Origin: Minisyncoccota bacterium | GTDB lineage: Bacteria; Patescibacteriota; Minisyncoccia; Phycocordibacterales; XYD1-FULL-46-19 | Assembly: GCA_041665625.1 (NCBI GenBank) | Contig: JBAYIK010000002.1 | Span: 33,126-97,125 of the forward strand | Length of the DNA stretch: 64,000 nt | Direction of reading: 5' to 3' | Notes under the pieces: generated by a model | Databases searched by the model: none | What the model saw: the letters and a program-made list of their open reading frames with translations, nothing else | Told to the model about the DNA's origin: nothing | Made by a program: the position numbers and the translations under genes | In this document: positions 58,301-64,000 of the stretch, piece by piece | How positions within the stretch are numbered: the stretch's first letter is position 1 | Layout: the number at the start of each line of letters is the position of its first letter

Positions 58301-59617
58301 TTAGTTTTGCAAGATGGCAATTTGCTTGTCATACTTGGCCGCAATAGCCATAACCTCGTTGCCATAAAAGGCGTTCTTGGCAAGGCTCCAATTGCCTCCA
58401 GCATAGTATTTAAGGGCGGCCTTGCGCTCGGTGGCATAAGTCTTGCCATCGGCCCCCAAATCTCGCAAATAGAGGCCTGAGGCGGCAAAAGCGTCACGAG
58501 CATTCCACGGGTTTGGGGGGTTATTGCCGGTCACAGCCTTCACCGCACTCGCCATCCCCTGCCAAGTTGAAGGAATGAATTGGGCCGGCCCCATTGCCCC
58601 ACCATAACCACCACGATAAGGACAAGAGACAGGCTGGCCAACGGGATCAATACCCAAGGCCTTACAGATTCTTTCAAATGGTCCTATATCACGGTCAGGC
58701 TTCATCACCGCCTTGTAACTCTTAGAATCAGGATCTTGAGGTCTATTACAGGTCCCAATATTCTGACCAAGATTAGATTCTTGAGTAATAATCGCTAAGA
58801 GGAATGACGGTCGAATCCCCACCTTCGCGGCCACATAATTAGCATGTTCTAAAGCCTGACCAAAGGTAATATTGGCCGAACCACGAAGAGTAAAGAGGGC
58901 ATTCTTGATGGCGGCTTTTTCCTTCTCTTTAGCGGCAATAACCGATTTATAGGAATTTTCCTTCGCCTTACTGGCACTCAAGAGAACATTTTTCTCTTTG
59001 TTAAGCCTCTCAATGTTAGCTTTCTCAGCCTCAATAACTTTCTTGGCATTAAGTTCGGCATCACGGCGATCCTCTAGTGCCGTTTTCTTATTCTCAGTAT
59101 CGGTCTTCGTTGAGCGCACCACCCCTAGCACTGTATGGGTGGATTCTTCAATAAAGCGGAAGCGATCGAGGTCTATAAAGAAATTGTTAACAGACTCTTT
59201 AGCCAGAGCGACTTCAGGGAAAGTGTTGTCGTCTAACTCTCTAGTTTTTCTTAAGAGCTCAGCCAACGAACGCTTCTCGGTATCAAGCTTCCCATCCAAA
59301 ACAACAATCGTCTTGACCTTCTGTTTGATATCCCCGCCAAGACGCTCAATCTCAATTTGCTTCGCCTTAATATTAAGCTGTGCAGTATTAATCTTGTAGG
59401 TCAAAATATCAATATCACGCTTGATACTGGCGGTTTCCTTTTGCTTAGATACAAGCAAGGTCTTTTGTCCAGCAATTTCGGCTTCAACCGAAGCCAACTG
59501 GGCCTGAAGCCGAGTTTCTTTCTCCGCTGTGGTCTCCGCTCTTAATTGTTGAGGGTTAAGTAAAAGTAAAGATAAAATAAACACCCCAAACCAGAAAGAT
59601 ACTGGTTGTCTCTTCAT
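58301..59617 (-). CDS. Secreted coiled-coil protein with a C-terminal lytic transglycosylase (SLT / lysozyme-like) domain
   Basis: Signal peptide, a roughly 230-aa coiled coil, then LAIITQESNLGQN (catalytic Glu) and GAMGPAQFIPSTW (SLT-type). Confidence 0.6.
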   Translation of the reverse strand: MKRQPVSFWFGVFILSLLLLNPQQLRAETTAEKETRLQAQLASVEAEIAGQKTLLVSKQKETASIKRDIDILTYKINTAQLNIKAKQIEIERLGGDIKQKVKTIVVLDGKLDTEKRSLAELLRKTRELDDNTFPEVALAKESVNNFFIDLDRFRFIEESTHTVLGVVRSTKTDTENKKTALEDRRDAELNAKKVIEAEKANIERLNKEKNVLLSASKAKENSYKSVIAAKEKEKAAIKNALFTLRGSANITFGQALEHANYVAAKVGIRPSFLLAIITQESNLGQNIGTCNRPQDPDSKSYKAVMKPDRDIGPFERICKALGIDPVGQPVSCPYRGGYGGAMGPAQFIPSTWQGMASAVKAVTGNNPPNPWNARDAFAASGLYLRDLGADGKTYATERKAALKYYAGGNWSLAKNAFYGNEVMAIAAKYDKQIAILQN

Positions 59618-59692
59618 GAGATTATTATAGCAAAAAACCGCTCAAAGAAAAAACCCGGCCAGCTTAGCTGGTCGGGTTTTTTAAATTTCAGA

Positions 59693-60331
59693 TTACTCAG
59701 CAGGAGCTTCTTCCTCAGTCTTACCCTTCTTCTCAACTTCGATAGCCGAGAGATCAACAGGAGCGGCCTCTTCAACAACTTCTTCGCCGGCTTCAGTGAT
59801 AGAGGCGACAACTTCGTCACCTTCGACAGTCGCAGTGACACCAGCTGGGAGCTTAAGATCACTTACCAAAATCTGGCTATCCATAGCAACCAAAACAGAG
59901 ACGTCAACCTTAATATCGTGAGGCAAATTCTTAGGTAAGGCACTAATTGGGAGTTCATGGAGAACCTTAATCAAACTACCCCCAAGCTCTTTAACGGCCG
60001 GAGGCACGCCTTCGAAGACCAATGGTACATCAACCTCGATCTCTTTGTCCTGACTAACAATATAGAAATCGGCGTGAACAGGTTCATCAGTAACCGGATT
60101 AAACTGGACCTCATGAACAAGAGTATCAGTCTTCTTGCCATCCAAATCGAGGGTAACAATTGAGGATTCGCCAGCTCCTTTGAAGACTTTTTTGAATTCA
60201 ATAGTGTTGACCAAGATATTCTTAGTGTCATCTTTTCCACCATAAATAACGGCTGGCATTTCGCCTCCGTCACGAAGGCCAGAAACCTTCTTCCCAGAAA
60301 TATCGCGTGTTTTAGCGCTTAATTTAAACAT
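59693..60331 (-). CDS. rplY: 50S ribosomal protein L25 / general stress protein Ctc
   Basis: MFKLSAKTRDISGKKVSGLRDGGEMPAVIYG. Confidence 0.85.
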   Translation of the reverse strand: MFKLSAKTRDISGKKVSGLRDGGEMPAVIYGGKDDTKNILVNTIEFKKVFKGAGESSIVTLDLDGKKTDTLVHEVQFNPVTDEPVHADFYIVSQDKEIEVDVPLVFEGVPPAVKELGGSLIKVLHELPISALPKNLPHDIKVDVSVLVAMDSQILVSDLKLPAGVTATVEGDEVVASITEAGEEVVEEAAPVDLSAIEVEKKGKTEEEAPAE

Positions 60332-60388
60332 AACTTGCTTAGTATAAAGGAAATCGGCAAAATTGCAACCCCGTTTAGTGGGCCTTGC

Positions 60389-61273
60389 CTAAACCCTTCC
60401 GAAGAGCTTGAGGCGGTTCGCGGTAACGTCTTTCATCGCCTTAACGGCGGATTTGAGGATTTTGTAGGGGGCCACCTCCTCGGGGTCAGATTGAAGGGCT
60501 TCGCGGAGGGCATTGCGATAGGCCAAGCGAAGTTCGGTATTGATATGGATAATGGAGATACCGGCTTGGATTGCTTCAACAAAGTCGGGATCGGTAATCC
60601 CCGATCCACCGTGCAAAACAAGGGGAACACCAGTGGCTTCCCTGATCTCTGCGATACGCCTGGTAAAGAGTTTGGGATTAGGCATATTCTTAAGCATCCC
60701 GTGGAGATTACCAACAGCTGGGGAGAAGAGGTCAATCCCTGTTTCTTCTACCAGTCTCTTGGCATCTTCTACTTTAGTAATAGCCTCTTCAGAGAGAGCG
60801 GCCCCTTCTGGGATAGCGTCAAGCATTTTGGATGATTTGCCGATATAGCCGAGCTCCCCCTCCACCACGATGTTGGGATTCACCGAACGGGCATATTCCA
60901 CGCATTTCTTGGTCTCGGCAATATTCTCCTCAAGAGGTAACTCAGCCCGATCGAAGACAATCATGTCATAACCGGCATCAATCGCCTCTTTGGCCCGCTC
61001 TAGTGAGTAAGTATGATCAGCCGAGAGCCAAATAGGATAATTGAATTCTTCTTGGATACTCGTGACCAAGGCTCGGGCTTGGCGCACGCCAACAAAATCC
61101 CGCTCGCCCTCAGACACACCAATAATTACCGGCATTGGTTCACCACTTTTTGTCGTCAAATCTTTGGCCGCCCGAAAGATAGCCCAAAGTGCCTCCGTGT
61201 TGGAGATATTGAAGTGACCAATCGCAACCTTAGTCTTATCCGCTTCTAAAATTGTCTCTTTTAAAGTTTTCAT
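60389..61273 (-). CDS. fba: Class II fructose-bisphosphate aldolase
   Basis: GHFN, HGGSG and divalent-metal ligands. The start is the ATG at 61273 (MKTLKE). The ORF track extends upstream to 61417. Confidence 0.8.
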   Translation of the reverse strand: MKTLKETILEADKTKVAIGHFNISNTEALWAIFRAAKDLTTKSGEPMPVIIGVSEGERDFVGVRQARALVTSIQEEFNYPIWLSADHTYSLERAKEAIDAGYDMIVFDRAELPLEENIAETKKCVEYARSVNPNIVVEGELGYIGKSSKMLDAIPEGAALSEEAITKVEDAKRLVEETGIDLFSPAVGNLHGMLKNMPNPKLFTRRIAEIREATGVPLVLHGGSGITDPDFVEAIQAGISIIHINTELRLAYRNALREALQSDPEEVAPYKILKSAVKAMKDVTANRLKLFGRV

Positions 61274-61289
61274 ATTATAATCATAACAT

Positions 61290-62273
61290 ATGACAAAATT
61301 TGATTTAATCTCCGTGGGGGATAACGCTACCGACGCCTTTATTAAGCTCTCTGAGGCCGAACTTAATTGCGATATCAACCGCCCTGAATGCAAAATCTGT
61401 ATGCGCTTCGCTGCCAAGATCCCCTACGAATCCGTCACTGAGGTCCCGGCTGGTGGCAATAGCTCCAATGTTGTCTTAGGTGGAGCTAAGCTTGGCCTAA
61501 AAACCGCCTATCTCTCAAATATTGGCGACGATGCCAACGGTCAGAAGACTTTGGCCAAATTAACCGAAACAGGAGTCGACACGACTTGGGTTAAACAAAA
61601 TGCGGGTGTCCCAACAAACTATAATTATGTCCTCTGGTATGCCGATGACCGCACGATACTGGTTAAACACGAAAATTATTCGAACGACTGGCCCGAGGAT
61701 TTATCAACACCAACCTGGCTGTACCTTTCATCAGTTAGTGACCATGATTTTTCTCTTCATGAAAAGATCGCAGCCTGGCTAGTCGCTCACCCAGAAGTAA
61801 AGCTGGCTTTTAGCCCTGGCACTTGGCAATTAAAAAAAGGGAAAGAGAAGTTAAAAGATATTTACGCCCGCACAGAGATTTTCTTTGGTAATAAACAAGA
61901 GGCCGAAAAGGTTGTTAACTTACCTGGATACGAGGCAAAAGAGTTAGCAATAGAGATAAAAAAAATTGGCCCCAAAATCGTTGTCATCACCGACGGAACA
62001 GAGGGAGCTTATTGTCTAGACCAAGAAGATAAGTGGTGGAAAATGCCCGCCCTCACCACAAAGGCCTTCGAACGCACTGGTGCCGGTGATGGCTTCGCCT
62101 CCGCTTTCCTCTCCGCTATTTTTTATGAACAACCAGTCGAGACAGCTCTCGCTTGGGGCGCCGTTAATGCCTCCTCTGTCGTCGCTCAGGTCGGCCCTCA
62201 TGCCGGACAGCTCACTCGCGACCAAATTGAAGCAAAAATAAAAAGCGATAATCTCATCGCTAAACAAATTTAA
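61290..62273 (+). CDS. PfkB-family carbohydrate/nucleoside kinase
   Basis: C-terminal signature TGAGDGFASAFLSA and an N-terminal GG-type motif. Confidence 0.75.
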   Translation: MTKFDLISVGDNATDAFIKLSEAELNCDINRPECKICMRFAAKIPYESVTEVPAGGNSSNVVLGGAKLGLKTAYLSNIGDDANGQKTLAKLTETGVDTTWVKQNAGVPTNYNYVLWYADDRTILVKHENYSNDWPEDLSTPTWLYLSSVSDHDFSLHEKIAAWLVAHPEVKLAFSPGTWQLKKGKEKLKDIYARTEIFFGNKQEAEKVVNLPGYEAKELAIEIKKIGPKIVVITDGTEGAYCLDQEDKWWKMPALTTKAFERTGAGDGFASAFLSAIFYEQPVETALAWGAVNASSVVAQVGPHAGQLTRDQIEAKIKSDNLIAKQI

Positions 62274-62278
62274 GAATT

Positions 62279-62500
62279 CTAAGATTCAGAAACAAATTTG
62301 AAACGCGGTACTTTTTGCCCCTCAATCTCGACGCCACCTATAAACATCTCTACCGGTCTAGCCCAAAGTTTAGACAACTCATTGTCGTAGAGCGCTTCAT
62401 ATATAACCAAATCCTCTAAAGTCTCACTATGTTTGGCCACGCCAAGCACACGATATTTGTGGCCTTTGTAATGTTCGTAAATACCGATTTTAATTTCCAT
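62279..62500 (-). CDS. DUF1653-like small protein
   Basis: YEHYKGHKYRVLGVAKHSETLEDLVIYEALY pattern. Confidence 0.55.
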   Translation of the reverse strand: MEIKIGIYEHYKGHKYRVLGVAKHSETLEDLVIYEALYDNELSKLWARPVEMFIGGVEIEGQKVPRFKFVSES

Positions 62501-63473
62501 TTTTTCTAGTTATTACTTTTTTAACTGCTTCAACGATATCATCCACGCCAAGGCCATAGTGCTCCATCAATTCAGCCGGCGAACCAGACTGGCCAAAGCG
62601 GTCGGCCACACCAACAAATTCGATTGGCACGGGATAAGCTTGGGCGAGAAATTCGGACACCGCGCTCCCCATACCGCCAGCGATTTGGTGTTCTTCGCAA
62701 GTCACTACTGCCCCCGCCGCCCTTGAAGCTTCAAGAATAGTAACTTGATCTAGTGGCTTAATAGTATGATTATTAATGACCGAAACTTTAATCCCCTCAC
62801 GCTCTAATTTGCGCGCCGCGAGTAATGCACGATGAACCATCAAGCCACAGGCGATAATTATCGCTTCAGGGTTCTCTGGCTCCACCAAGACACTCGCTTT
62901 ACCAATTTCAAATTCTGAATCTTCGGTTGTCACAATTGGACTCTTGTCACGAGCGAGCCGAATATAAGCCGGGCCAACAAATTTAGCAATTGCGAGGGTC
63001 GCCTTCTCGGCTTCAATCGCATCACAAGGGGCGACGACAATCATATTCGGAAGAACGCGAGTAAGGGCAATGTCCTCGAGCATCTGGTGCGAACCACCAT
63101 CGGGACCGACATTTAACCCAGCATGGGCACCCACAATCTTCACATTCGCATTGTTATAACAAATCGTCGTACGGATATGTTCCCAATTACGCCCCGGTGA
63201 GAAAATCGCATAAGAAGAGATAAAAGGAATTTTACCCATCGCCGCCATCCCCGAAGCCACCCCGGCCATATTTTGCTCAGCTACGCCCATCTCCACAAAT
63301 CTCTCGGGAAATTCTTTAGCAAAATCCTCAACCTTCGTTGACTCCTTCAAGTCCGCACACAGCACCACCACATTCTTATCCTTCTCCCCCGCCTTCACCA
63401 ACCCACGTCCGAACCCCGCGCGCAGCGCCTCCTGCTCGACGTCATTATCGTAAATTTTTGGATTGAGATTCAT
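62490..63473 (-). CDS. Transketolase, C-terminal subunit
   Basis: Pyrimidine-binding and C-terminal domains of a split transketolase: FVEMGVAEQNMAGVASG. Confidence 0.85.
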   Translation of the reverse strand: MNLNPKIYDNDVEQEALRAGFGRGLVKAGEKDKNVVVLCADLKESTKVEDFAKEFPERFVEMGVAEQNMAGVASGMAAMGKIPFISSYAIFSPGRNWEHIRTTICYNNANVKIVGAHAGLNVGPDGGSHQMLEDIALTRVLPNMIVVAPCDAIEAEKATLAIAKFVGPAYIRLARDKSPIVTTEDSEFEIGKASVLVEPENPEAIIIACGLMVHRALLAARKLEREGIKVSVINNHTIKPLDQVTILEASRAAGAVVTCEEHQIAGGMGSAVSEFLAQAYPVPIEFVGVADRFGQSGSPAELMEHYGLGVDDIVEAVKKVITRKNGN

Positions 63474-63536
63474 TCGTTCAAATTATAACAAAAGTAAAAA
63501 CTAATAGTAAGAGTAAGAAGCCACTAGACGCCCAAG

Positions 63537-63737
63537 TTAATATAAATAGAACAAGGATAAAAATAATGCCAAGAAAAACGTTATCAGAATTATTTTAATA
63601 AAACTTCTTCGTCTGTTTTTAATTTTTAAAAGCGGAAATCCAATATAAACAAAGATCAAGTAAAAAGAAGGTATAAATATAGCCATGAACACAATGGTCC
63701 ATAAGGCTATTGAGATAATAGCGGATAGATTAATCAT
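63537..63737 (-). CDS. Hypothetical small membrane protein whose ATG overlaps the upstream TGA
   Basis: 66 aa, mostly two TM helices. It could be spurious in this AT-rich spacer. Confidence 0.3.
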   Translation of the reverse strand: MINLSAIISIALWTIVFMAIFIPSFYLIFVYIGFPLLKIKNRRRSFIKIILITFFLALFLSLFYLY

Positions 63738-64000
63738 TTTTTATCCTACCCCCTAAAGTTCTTAATTCTTTGAGCGCTTTTTCTCCTTCTTCGCGATTGG
63801 GAGCTTTGCCATGCCATTCATAATGGCCTTCGAATTCAAGCACGCCTTTGCCCGGAGTGGTATGAGCAATGATGACAGTTGGGCGATTAAAGACGGATTT
63901 GGCTTGGCCGACGGCATCATAAATTTCTTGGAAGCTGTGCCCATCAATCTCGAGAACATGCCAATTGAAAGCACGCCATTTATCGGCCAGAGGTTCTAAG
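63734..64000 (-). CDS. Transketolase, N-terminal subunit (C-terminal end only; 5' part beyond the window)
   Basis: Edge-truncated frame translating to LEPLADKWRAFNWHVLEIDGHSFQEIYDAVGQAK...TTPGKGVLEFEGHYEWHGKAP, then a TGA at 63734-63736. Confidence 0.8.

Noticed and set aside
63762-63999. ORF-track entries 63762-63974 (minus) and 63811-63999 (plus)
   Set aside because: They are in the wrong frame or strand relative to the clearly conserved transketolase N-terminal-subunit frame, which ends at the TGA at 63734-63736.
1-64000. Alternative genetic code (UGA read as Gly or Trp, as in some CPR lineages)
   Set aside because: Long conserved genes (rpoB, rpoC, dnaE, gyrB) translate uninterrupted with UGA used as a stop, so the standard code 11 applies.

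Overview
The window looks like a Candidate Phyla Radiation / Patescibacteria-type bacterial chromosome segment. GC is roughly 40%, the standard genetic code is used (UGA acts as a stop), Shine-Dalgarno sites are weak and proteins are compact.

Core genes:
- rpoB-rpoC-(hypothetical)-dnaG-rpoD and rpsP-KH-trmD
- rnc, a nusB-NUDIX fusion, rpmF, rnhB, dnaE, thrS, gyrB and pheST
- tsf-rpsB, prfA-rpmE, rplY, fba and two transketolase subunits
- tRNA-Ala, tRNA-Val and tRNA-Thr

Accessory material is interleaved with the core genes:
- An 860-aa secreted protein with pectate-lyase-like beta-helix, SGNH hydrolase and peptidoglycan-binding domains. Both of its ATG starts sit out of frame with the gene body across a (CT)7 tract in the signal-peptide region. 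This looks like an ON/OFF contingency switch. The gene is flanked by two 187-bp palindromic elements resembling miniature inverted-repeat transposable elements (MITE-like) and by a promoter with an upstream palindrome.
- A tRNA (most likely Asn-GUU) interrupted in its anticodon loop by a 547-nt group I intron. The intron carries the P/Q/R/S core elements and an HNH endonuclease ORF.
- A large serine recombinase whose 3' end overlaps exon 2 of that tRNA. It heads a roughly 7-8 kb accessory block with an HKD/PLD-type secreted nuclease, a SHOCT protein and an uncharacterised pair (185 aa plus an 821-aa multi-TM protein).
- Four copies of the palindromic repeat family, each placed just after a housekeeping-gene stop codon and containing a terminator hairpin. 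One inverted pair brackets a GC-rich foreign gene.
- A promoter-to-terminator structured RNA candidate (2860-3043) with riboswitch-like alternative pairing.
- A lysine/alanine-repeat N-terminal extension on the sigma-70 factor.

The region 1-2438 encodes a tandem SAM methyltransferase, a Rossmann-fold protein and an HTH protein that is possibly terminase-small-subunit-like. It may be phage-derived.

Every call comes from reading the sequence and the translated ORFs. No database search was run.
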